From an uncultured Gammaproteobacteria bacterium (lineage in GTDB: Bacteria; Patescibacteriota; Microgenomatia; UBA8517): 64,000 bases of DNA. Positions 38,021-45,359 of the stretch are shown here, one piece after another. The position numbers and the translations under genes are program-made. Numbering within the stretch: position 1 is the first letter of the stretch; each line of letters opens with the position of its first letter. The notes beneath the pieces were generated by a model. That model made no database searches. It saw nothing but the letters and a program-made list of their open reading frames with translations, and was not told where the DNA came from. Location: the NCBI GenBank assembly GCA_964568925.1, contig CAZMSJ010000001.1, positions 1,115-65,114 of the forward strand, read 5' to 3'.

Positions 38021-39649
38021 TTAGTAGTCCATTCCACCCATATTTGGGTTTGCGGCTTGTGCCTTTTCAGGCTGAGGGATTTCAGCGACAAGAGCTTCTG
38101 TTGTTAAGACCATCATGGCAACTGATGCAGCATTTTGAAGTGCTGAACGAGTTACCTTCAATGGATCAAGAAGACCAAAGGCAAGCATTGAGCCAAATTC
38201 ATTGGTCAGTACGTTATAACCGAAATCCGTCTCTTTTGATTCCTCAACTTTTCGCAAAATGTATCCGTCATCTTCTCCTGCATTTTTAACAAGCATTCGA
38301 ACAGGATTTTCGAGAGCTTCGTAAACGATATCGATACCAACTTGTTCATCACGAACTTTACTGGTTACCTTGTGTAATACTTTTCGTGCCTTGAGAAGTG
38401 CTACTCCACCACCAGGCAAGACACCTTCTTCAATTGCAGCTTTAGTTGCACCAACGGCATCCTTTACTCGTTCTTTCTTATCATTTAATTCAACTTCAGT
38501 TGCAGCACCAACACTGATGACTGCTACCCCACCAGAGAGCTTTGCAAGTCTTTCTTCTAATTTTTCTCGATCAAAATCACTGGTTGTGTCTTCGATTTGT
38601 CGCTTAATCAATTTAATTTTAGAACTAATGGTGTTTTTGTCTCCCTTTCCACCAATAATTCTTGCAGAATCTTTCCCTGCCCACACCTTGTCAGCACGTC
38701 CAAGATCTTCAATTTCAACTGACTCAAAAGTGCGTCCTGTGTCATCAGAAATAACAGTTCCGCCCGTCAAATCGGCAATATCAGACAAGAGGTCTTTTCG
38801 TCTGTCACCAAAGCCTGGGGCCTTAATAGCCAATACATTAAACGCACCACGAAGTTTGTTTAAGACAAGAGTGGTGAGTGCTTCACCTTCGATGTCATCA
38901 GCGATGATAACGAGGGTTTTACTTACCTTCACAAATTTCTCAAGGAATGGAAGAAGATCTTGTACTGAAGCAATCTTTTTATCAGTCAAGAGAATGTATG
39001 CATTTTCAATTTCTGCTTCCATTCTTTCAGGATTTGTTACAAAGTAAGAAGACATATATCCTCGATCAAATTCCATACCTTCTTTATATTCAATTTCAAT
39101 TTCAAGTCCTTTACCTTCTTCAACGGTTACCACTCCATCACGACCAACTTGCTTTAAGGCTTCTGCAATTTTCTTTCCAATTGCTTCGTCACCAGCTGAG
39201 ACCATAGCTACCTGCTCGATTTCTGCTTCAGACTTAATTGGCTTTGCCATCGTCTTAAGTTCTGCAACAACTGCAGCAACAGCTTTTTCCATTCCTTTTT
39301 TAATAATCATTGGGTTAGCACCAGCTGTTACGTTTCTCATACCAGCGACACTCATGGTTGAAGCGAGGAGCGTTGATGTCGTTGTTCCGTCACCGGCTGC
39401 ATCGTTTGTTTTTGAAGAAGCTTCTTTTACAATTTGGGCACCCATGTTTTCAAATGGATCAGCAAGTTCAATTTCTTTTGCAACAGAAACACCATCATGA
39501 ATAACTGCTGGTGCTCCCCACTTTTTCTCAATAGCAACGTTACGTCCTTTTGGTCCAAGGGTTGTAACAACTGCCTTACTTACTGCTGCTATTCCATTCA
39601 AGAGTGCCTTTCGTGCGTCATCTCCGTATTTAATTTGTTTTGCTGCCAT
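38021..39649 (-). CDS. groL: Chaperonin GroEL (Cpn60)
   Basis: MAAKQIKYGDDAR...AAVEEGVLPGGGVALL...GGMDY. Confidence 0.9.
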   Translation of the reverse strand: MAAKQIKYGDDARKALLNGIAAVSKAVVTTLGPKGRNVAIEKKWGAPAVIHDGVSVAKEIELADPFENMGAQIVKEASSKTNDAAGDGTTTSTLLASTMSVAGMRNVTAGANPMIIKKGMEKAVAAVVAELKTMAKPIKSEAEIEQVAMVSAGDEAIGKKIAEALKQVGRDGVVTVEEGKGLEIEIEYKEGMEFDRGYMSSYFVTNPERMEAEIENAYILLTDKKIASVQDLLPFLEKFVKVSKTLVIIADDIEGEALTTLVLNKLRGAFNVLAIKAPGFGDRRKDLLSDIADLTGGTVISDDTGRTFESVEIEDLGRADKVWAGKDSARIIGGKGDKNTISSKIKLIKRQIEDTTSDFDREKLEERLAKLSGGVAVISVGAATEVELNDKKERVKDAVGATKAAIEEGVLPGGGVALLKARKVLHKVTSKVRDEQVGIDIVYEALENPVRMLVKNAGEDDGYILRKVEESKETDFGYNVLTNEFGSMLAFGLLDPLKVTRSALQNAASVAMMVLTTEALVAEIPQPEKAQAANPNMGGMDY

Positions 39650-39660
39650 AGGTATAAAAA

Positions 39661-39960
39661 TTATTTAACAATTGCCAATATATCATCAAACTTTACAAAC
39701 AAATAGTCATGTCCATCGATTTTAACTTCGTTTCCACCCCATTTTTTATAAATTACAACATCATCTACTTTCACAGGAGACTTTTTAACGGTACTGTTAT
39801 CAGTTGTTTCATCTGCACCAACAGCGAGTACTGTTCCTTTTTGTGGTTTGTCTGCTGACTTCTCTGGAAGATATATTCCTGAAGCTGTTTTTGTTTCAGA
39901 TTCTACTTGCTCAATAATCAAGTGACCTGGTGTTGGAGTTAGGTTTAATTTCTTTGCCAT
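39661..39960 (-). CDS. groS: Co-chaperonin GroES (Cpn10)
   Basis: MAKKLNLTPTPGHLIIEQVESETKTASGIYLPE... Confidence 0.85.
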   Translation of the reverse strand: MAKKLNLTPTPGHLIIEQVESETKTASGIYLPEKSADKPQKGTVLAVGADETTDNSTVKKSPVKVDDVVIYKKWGGNEVKIDGHDYLFVKFDDILAIVK

Positions 39961-39989
39961 AGCCTTGTGTTGGTATTATTACTACTTTG

Positions 39990-40016
39990 TTAGCATTCGT
40001 CAATCCCCATTGCTAA
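39990..40016. promoter_or_regulatory. CIRCE element (HrcA operator) upstream of groES
   Basis: TTAGCATTC-gtcaatccc-CATTGCTAA, 8/9 and 7/9 matches to TTAGCACTC-N9-GAGTGCTAA. A TTGACA-17-TTAGAAT-like promoter lies upstream on the minus strand. Confidence 0.55.
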
Positions 40017-40084
40017 TTTCTTTCGAAAACTATTCTAAGACATAAGAAATTATTATGTCAATATGTTTTTTAGGCACAAAAAAA

Positions 40085-40104
40085 GGAGAGGTGTTACCCT
40101 CTCC
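40085..40104 (-). terminator. Rho-independent terminator (minus strand) closing the island's left-hand gene
   Basis: ggagagg-tgtta-cctctcc. On the minus strand it is followed by TTTTTTTT. Confidence 0.55.
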
Positions 40105-40110
40105 ACAACA

Positions 40111-40485
40111 CTAGCCACCCCAACTAAGAAACAAGAATATTAAACCTGAGATTCCGAATTTAACCGGATCAACAATCCCAAGTGTTGGGCTAAATGCCCC
40201 AATCATGATGTGAATCAACGCACCATGAATAATGATTCCCAAACCAACAGCCAAGGTGACAAATACAACAATGCATCCACAGCCGAGGCCCGCTTCTGTG
40301 CGTGCAATAACGGCAACAATGAGCAAAACTACGCCAACGATGAAGATGATCACACCAACGGTGGATAATCCATCATAAATGCTGGCAACTTTATTCAGAA
40401 AGTCATACACGCCAGCGGCACTGCTCATGTTTGTGCCAGTACCAGCAACTGATATAAACGCAACAATCAGGATTATCAGAGCCAT
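40111..40485 (-). CDS. Small polytopic membrane protein (124 aa), own promoter and terminator
   Basis: Three to four TM segments. GC higher than the genome background. Confidence 0.4.
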   Translation of the reverse strand: MALIILIVAFISVAGTGTNMSSAAGVYDFLNKVASIYDGLSTVGVIIFIVGVVLLIVAVIARTEAGLGCGCIVVFVTLAVGLGIIIHGALIHIMIGAFSPTLGIVDPVKFGISGLIFLFLSWGG

Positions 40486-40522
40486 TTTTACCCTCTTCCT
40501 TAGGAAAAATTTGCTGCAGAGT

Positions 40523-40551
40523 ATAATAACACATTATTGTTATGGGGTCAA
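40523..40551 (-). promoter_or_regulatory. Putative promoter TTGACC-17-TATTAT (minus strand)
   Basis: Reverse complement reads ttgaccccataacaataatgtgttattat, ~35 nt upstream of the 124-aa gene. Confidence 0.4.
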
Positions 40552-40642
40552 ATAAGATGAAGTAATATCAAGGACATAGAACTCACCATTGTGGTAAGCG
40601 CGACTGCTCTTCACGCCCACCACAATAGTGAGAAAAATAGAA

Positions 40643-40667
40643 AGAGGCGGATGTTTAGTCCGCCTCT
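40643..40667 (-). terminator. Terminator of island module A
   Basis: agaggcgga-tgtttag-tccgcctct. The minus strand has a T-rich tail after it. Confidence 0.5.
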
Positions 40668-40675
40668 ACGTTAGT

Positions 40676-41251
40676 CTAGAGCGTTGCCTGTAGCACACCC
40701 ATAAACTTTTCAATCAATACCTTTGCCTCCGACGCAAACATCATCGTTGTGTTTGCATCACAGACAAACCCGTTTCCGTCACTGTCATAAGACCATGCCC
40801 ATTCAGGCACAGGCATATTGACAATCCGTTCCGGCAATTCTACTTCGATATTGTTACTGCCCAGTCCTTTAAAAAACCGGGGTTCAATTCTTCCTGATGA
40901 AGAAACAGCTCCTGAAAGGGACGGCTGGTAGACTAGCTTACCGTCTACAATTTTCTCGTACCAAATGACCTTGGCGGGTTTGTCAAAAATCTGACCTGCG
41001 TAGCGAGGAAAAGGTTTGCGCTCTTCCATAAACAGGCCGCGAGAAACGACTATTTCTTCAGTCTCTGGCCCCCATTTGGATAAAACCGCATATAATAGTC
41101 CACTTCGCATCTGGAAATGCGGGTGTTTACCAACATCTGTAATGAAGACCAAATCGGCGGCTTTCGCAGCACGCTGAACCTCTTCATATGTCAACAACTG
41201 TTCTGCAGGACGGTTCTCTTTTATGAAATCATTCAATTGTTTGCTGTACAT
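40676..41251 (-). CDS. Island protein, member of a local paralog family (191 aa)
   Basis: The C-terminal ~105 aa aligns with the 157-aa protein at 43878..44351 (LPERIVNMPVPEWAWSYDSDGNGFVCDANTTMMFASEAKVLIEKF vs FPEPVVTLPIPRWVKVWVHGDYGACDAGAESIQMFKSEAERLATEF). Confidence 0.45.
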   Translation of the reverse strand: MYSKQLNDFIKENRPAEQLLTYEEVQRAAKAADLVFITDVGKHPHFQMRSGLLYAVLSKWGPETEEIVVSRGLFMEERKPFPRYAGQIFDKPAKVIWYEKIVDGKLVYQPSLSGAVSSSGRIEPRFFKGLGSNNIEVELPERIVNMPVPEWAWSYDSDGNGFVCDANTTMMFASEAKVLIEKFMGVLQATL

Positions 41252-41382
41252 CTTGCTCTCCTGTTAGTTGGGTTAACTATTAATAAAATATAGATTACTT
41301 TTGATACTTAAAATATTTTTTTTAAATACGAACGGAAAATAAATATATGGTGACGGAAGTAGTTCCGCCACCATTTTTTTGA

Positions 41383-41874
41383 TTAGCTCGGAAGCCAAAA
41401 ACCTTCGCGACGAGCTTTCCGAACAAACGAAATAGCTAAGAACACATCGAGTGAGCGGCTGCTATCCACCCACTCACCTTTAAAGAGGTTCTCTAGTTTG
41501 AGGGTGAAATCGTCTCCCCCCTTATCAGATAGCGTCAACCGATATTCGGTCACGCCAATTGATTGGGGGAAACCCGCAACTTTGAAACTTACAGACTCAC
41601 CGGCCTGCAGTTTCATCGCAGGAATTACGGTGACAAGTGCTTCATCAAACGAAGCAAAGGCTTCAACTTTCCACCAATTGGTACTAATGGCTAGAAGATT
41701 CCCTTCCTCGTCCTCCAAGGCACGATACACGATAAAGTCAGGTGACGGACAGACGTTAAGTTCTTTTGCCTCCTCCAAAGCATCATTTAGCGAATTTGCT
41801 TTCAAATTCACTCGAACCTCATTGTCACCTAGTTCGATCCAGTTCCCAAAGATAACTCCAACATAGGACGGCAT
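41383..41874 (-). CDS. Island protein (163 aa), N-terminus resembles N-terminus of the 157-aa paralog
   Basis: MPSYVGVIFGNW vs MPKPAFVSLGNL, and ...KVAGFPQ...KGG vs VVAGFQVKENKGG. Weak similarity. RBS aaggagaagaatc identical to that of gene 42384..42623. Confidence 0.4.
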   Translation of the reverse strand: MPSYVGVIFGNWIELGDNEVRVNLKANSLNDALEEAKELNVCPSPDFIVYRALEDEEGNLLAISTNWWKVEAFASFDEALVTVIPAMKLQAGESVSFKVAGFPQSIGVTEYRLTLSDKGGDDFTLKLENLFKGEWVDSSRSLDVFLAISFVRKARREGFWLPS

Positions 41875-42010
41875 GATTCTTCTCCTTATTAATCAAAGCT
41901 CATGTAGCTTATAAATTGAAATGCCTCACACAAAAGATATGTTTATATCTTCTGGGTGAGGCACTTTTACTCTCACAACATTCAAACAAGATTTAAATGC
42001 TGAATTGAGT

Positions 42011-42029
42011 CCCCCACATGAAGTGGGGG
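42011..42029 (-). terminator. Conserved intra-operon hairpin (copy A)
   Basis: cccccac-atgaa-gtggggg with conserved flanks gaattgagt...tatttt.agacg shared with the copy at 44466. Confidence 0.45.
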
Positions 42030-42052
42030 CTATTTTAGACGAAGAGATCAGT

Positions 42053-42352
42053 CTACTTCCAACCTAAATCCCAGCCATACCCATTTGCTGAGTATCTAGG
42101 TTTGCGGACTGTGCCGTCCGAAAGGACAAAAATCGGAGCGTTTAAAGTAGAGTCCCACTCTACTTTCATTACTTCAAGCTCCGCAGGCTTCGTTTGCGCA
42201 CAAACCACCATTTGAACAGACTTGATTGCGGCCCAATCCTCCGCAGTTGGACCTGCGGTCGGATGCTGGTCAGCCGAAAGTGTTTCGGCAGCTTTAAAGG
42301 CAAATTCCAAAACCTTTAAAAGCGCATTATTATCAACAGTTATCTGGCCCAT
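42053..42352 (-). CDS. Island small protein (99 aa)
   Basis: ORF between the leader gene and the conserved hairpin. No family recognised. Confidence 0.4.
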   Translation of the reverse strand: MGQITVDNNALLKVLEFAFKAAETLSADQHPTAGPTAEDWAAIKSVQMVVCAQTKPAELEVMKVEWDSTLNAPIFVLSDGTVRKPRYSANGYGWDLGWK

Positions 42353-42383
42353 GATATCTCCTTATCCTATATGTAAAATTAAA

Positions 42384-42623
42384 CTAATTATCCAGCCATT
42401 CAAAAAATCTCATAGCGGGGTAAATGGCAAGAATCCCCCCAAAAAGTCCGATAAAATTGAGATTCATCGGTAAAAACATTACCGCAAATCCAATACCCAA
42501 CAAAATTGGGGATCCGATCGCGATAATGGAAATAAGAAATGCACGGGCAATCTCCCCTTCAGGGTGCCCAGTAGGTACAACTGGGAAAAACTTTTTCCAA
42601 ATTTGGCGAATTTTAATACTCAT
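42384..42623 (-). CDS. Island small membrane protein (79 aa), first gene after conserved leader A
   Basis: Two TM segments. Start preceded by aaggagaagaatc and the 14-bp palindrome. Confidence 0.4.
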   Translation of the reverse strand: MSIKIRQIWKKFFPVVPTGHPEGEIARAFLISIIAIGSPILLGIGFAVMFLPMNLNFIGLFGGILAIYPAMRFFEWLDN

Positions 42624-42643
42624 GATTCTTCTCCTTGTGAGTT

Positions 42644-42657
42644 GGGCTCATGTGCCC
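42644..42657 (-). promoter_or_regulatory. Conserved leader/operator motif A: near-palindrome GGGCACATGAGCCC ~10 nt upstream of RBS
   Basis: 12/14 self-complementary. The identical 14-mer is at 44908-44921 in the same position relative to another operon start. Confidence 0.45.
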
Positions 42658-42723
42658 ATATGGATTTAGATTTCTTTTGATATTTAAAAGATTTTTAAAT
42701 ATGAAAGAAAAGTAAAAATTGTA

Positions 42724-42745
42724 GGGGAAGGTTGGCTCCTTCCCC
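42724..42745 (-). terminator. Terminator after the 305-aa gene
   Basis: ggggaagg-ttggct-ccttcccc. On the minus strand it is followed by acaattttt. Confidence 0.5.
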
Positions 42746-42758
42746 CAAAAACAATGAA

Positions 42759-43676
42759 CTACTTAATCAGGTGTTTCGAAACAATCTCGACAACCTGCTC
42801 GATTTTCAGGGTGCTATTTATACCCTGAGGGCTGCCACCAATCGTCGGCGAACCACCCCAACCGGCTTCCAATGCCGAAAGCTCAGTAAAAGCTGCCTTT
42901 AGGTCCAGGTACCCAGCTTCATACTGGCTTACCGTGAACTTTGAGTGCTTAGGCCCACCTTGGAATGAAAACTCACGATTCAAGGCAACGACGACCGGCG
43001 CTAACGAATATCCCACCATCGTCGCTGCGCGGTGAGTCGAAACGACTACCGCAATCTTTCCTTCAGTGCGATGAGTGATCGCACCACTTTCAAGAGCGGC
43101 GATCATGTCGCTGCGCTCTTTATCAACCTGTGCGCGGTATGCGCAAGGTTCCTCGCCAGTCAAGAGCCATTTTTCCATCCAGGCGACACGATCTGCAATT
43201 GCGACTTTGAAGTCTGCAACCGCTGCGGCAATCGCCGCCAGTTCGCGTGTATCTGACGCGCTGGCGTTCTTCTCAGGCCACGGGTTTTCCGTAGTAGGCA
43301 GTGGCTTCACGCCTGCCCAATGGCCACGAGCAAACTTATCGGCAGCTGCTACTCGGAGAATCCGAGCGACGGCTGCGGCAGAAAACTGCCCATTGCGGGA
43401 ACGAATTTCCAGAAGGGCCATTGCTCCAATAGAATCCAGGTCGGCACGAACTGTGACCAGGGTCGATCCCTCAACCGGCAACTCTACTGTCAGGGCTGCT
43501 TCAATTGCAGCCTGATCTGCGTTTTGTCCGCTGTGCTGGGGGTCAAGGTTCCCCAAACAGCACTGCGCAGCCAAGGCAGGAATCGTTACCTCAACACCAA
43601 AGGTGTTGGGACCAACTAGCAAGGCATTTGCCTCAGTACCAACAGGACGGGGGTCAAGGATTCCAAATTTAAACAT
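42759..43676 (-). CDS. GC-rich uncharacterised protein (305 aa), Ala/Gly-rich, no TM
   Basis: Intact ORF. GC ~55% in sampled 60-mers against ~35% in the flanks. Motifs CCLGNLDPQH, VRADLDSIGAMALL, GWGGSP. No confident family assignment. Confidence 0.5.
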   Translation of the reverse strand: MFKFGILDPRPVGTEANALLVGPNTFGVEVTIPALAAQCCLGNLDPQHSGQNADQAAIEAALTVELPVEGSTLVTVRADLDSIGAMALLEIRSRNGQFSAAAVARILRVAAADKFARGHWAGVKPLPTTENPWPEKNASASDTRELAAIAAAVADFKVAIADRVAWMEKWLLTGEEPCAYRAQVDKERSDMIAALESGAITHRTEGKIAVVVSTHRAATMVGYSLAPVVVALNREFSFQGGPKHSKFTVSQYEAGYLDLKAAFTELSALEAGWGGSPTIGGSPQGINSTLKIEQVVEIVSKHLIK

Positions 43677-43877
43677 GATTTCTCCACTGCTCTTGGGGTT
43701 GAACTTTTGTCAACACATCCTTTTGGCAGCGCGGATAGGCGCCATCGATTGCGCCCTCCAAGCTGCCATCAACAGAGAAAGAACGGTTTGGAGAGAAAAA
43801 TGTTTCTATCAATCTTGAATTTCTTCAAAACTGATTTGAAACAGGGGAAGATAATGAACCTTCCCCTAATTTGTCTA

Positions 43878-44351
43878 CTAAATGAGTTTTTTAAGCTCAT
43901 TCGTGAACTCAGTTGCGAGACGCTCGGCCTCTGACTTAAACATTTGGATAGATTCGGCACCTGCATCGCAGGCACCGTAATCCCCGTGTACCCAAACTTT
44001 CACCCAACGAGGTATCGGTAGGGTTACGACAGGTTCTGGGAATGAAACTTCCACCGCAGGGTACCCTGCCGCTTCCAAGACTCCAGGGATAATGCCTGGG
44101 GCGTTATGGTAAAACCCCAATGTAGGGGTATAACGAACGACGCCCAACTGAGCATCGATTTCTGCATTCCACGAAAAAGTAATACCCGAGTCAACCTGCC
44201 AAGTCTCACCCCAAGTGGCGGTGATAGACAACCCTCCTTTATTTTCTTTAACCTGGAACCCCGCCACTACAGCAGCAATTTTCAAATTACCAAGAGAGAC
44301 AAATGCAGGCTTCGGCATGTTGTTCGAGACGAAAGATGATAGTGTAGACAT
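43878..44351 (-). CDS. Island protein, paralog family member (157 aa)
   Basis: See 40676..41251. The true start may be MPKP at 44318. Confidence 0.45.
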   Translation of the reverse strand: MSTLSSFVSNNMPKPAFVSLGNLKIAAVVAGFQVKENKGGLSITATWGETWQVDSGITFSWNAEIDAQLGVVRYTPTLGFYHNAPGIIPGVLEAAGYPAVEVSFPEPVVTLPIPRWVKVWVHGDYGACDAGAESIQMFKSEAERLATEFTNELKKLI

Positions 44352-44465
44352 TTAAGACCCCTTATTACTTGATTAAATACAAAATTTCAAAACAGATTGT
44401 GTTTACAATATTTATATTTAATGCTCTCACAAACTTGAAACTCGCATTTCAAATTTGAATTGAGT

Positions 44466-44484
44466 CCCCCACACAAGGTGGGGG
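44466..44484 (-). terminator. Conserved intra-operon hairpin (copy B)
   Basis: cccccac-acaag-gtggggg then atttttct on the plus strand. Flanks are conserved with copy A. Confidence 0.45.
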
Positions 44485-44518
44485 ATTTTTCTAGACGGAG
44501 CCTCAGATATAAGCCCTT

Positions 44519-44887
44519 TTATTGAGAAATATCAGGAGGAAGTGGATATCCTCCGTGCTCCTCCATTTTGCTATCAGGAGACGCCGCAATAGCAGCGTCA
44601 ATTCGTTCACGCGCATTTAAGCTGAGGGAGAGCTCACGCAGGTTCATCTTCTTGATGTATCTGCGGTCAACGAGAATATCATTGCGAAGAGCATCATCTG
44701 CCCAAACAATGATACCCGGCTCATCACTTGGCGTGCTTCCTTCAAGCATTGCATACACCAAAATTAACGCTGGCCGGCGCCCACCGACGCACTTTTTCTC
44801 AAGATCAAAAACTCGAACACCGCTTTCAGAGATCTGAACCTTGTAACGGCCAACCACAACTACCTGCTCGTTTGAATTCTGTGCCAT
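44519..44887 (-). CDS. Island small protein (122 aa), first gene after conserved leader B
   Basis: ORF. Start preceded by aaggagaaaaatc and the 14-bp palindrome. Confidence 0.4.
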   Translation of the reverse strand: MAQNSNEQVVVVGRYKVQISESGVRVFDLEKKCVGGRRPALILVYAMLEGSTPSDEPGIIVWADDALRNDILVDRRYIKKMNLRELSLSLNARERIDAAIAASPDSKMEEHGGYPLPPDISQ

Positions 44888-44907
44888 GATTTTTCTCCTT
44901 AATGAGT

Positions 44908-44921
44908 GGGCTCATGTGCCC
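44908..44921 (-). promoter_or_regulatory. Conserved leader/operator motif B (GGGCACATGAGCCC)
   Basis: Identical to the 14-mer at 42644. A putative -10 TATACT lies 7 nt upstream on the minus strand. Confidence 0.45.
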
Positions 44922-44932
44922 TAAATTTAGTA

Positions 44933-44974
44933 TATCTACCTAATAAACCACTAACATGGGCTAGTAGGTAGATA
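44933..44974. repeat. 10-bp perfect inverted repeat tatctaccta/taggtagata with 22-nt spacer overlapping the module-B promoter region
   Basis: Read directly from the sequence. Confidence 0.4.
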
Positions 44975-45359
44975 CACTGGACCACATAACTGAGCTTGAA
45001 ATAGGTATTTTGAGGCTAATAATGAAGTGAAACACACATATTGTGCTTAAAAACGAGCTTAGTTAGCCTCATTTTTGAGTTCAAGAGCAGTTATGTGGCT
45101 CAAAACCTCGCTTGTAGGCGGGTTTTTTATAATGAGCTTTTTATGTGAATGAGCAGAATCCACTTACCTCTTCTCTGACTTTCGATAACTTATAATACAC
45201 CCCAAACCTATATTTGTCAAGTGGCAATGACAAATAATACTAAACCCTATCTCACAAACTACCCATTATTTGTACTCAAAAACAGGGGTGGATATCTACA
45301 TTCTTTCGCGTATGTCAAAACGTGTTGACAATTATTTTTAAACAGACTATTCTATATAA

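Noticed and set aside
38370-39047. 225-aa ORF antisense to groEL (and similar antisense ORFs at 9282..9743, 7424..7714, 51087..51695, 43075..43515)
   Set aside because: They lie entirely within well-supported genes on the opposite strand. Their low-complexity Ala/Ser/Pro composition is typical of mirror-frame artefacts.
42759-43676. DHH-family phosphoesterase or CD-NTase assignment for the 305-aa protein
   Set aside because: Only a loose DxDxxG resemblance (VRADLDSIGAMALL). No DHH or GGGH motifs, and no GS...DxD nucleotidyltransferase core. Similarity is too weak to call.
40111-44940. Prophage or IS-derived island
   Set aside because: No integrase, transposase, terminal inverted repeats, phage structural signatures or flanking direct repeats could be identified by eye. 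The island idea rests on composition and architecture only.
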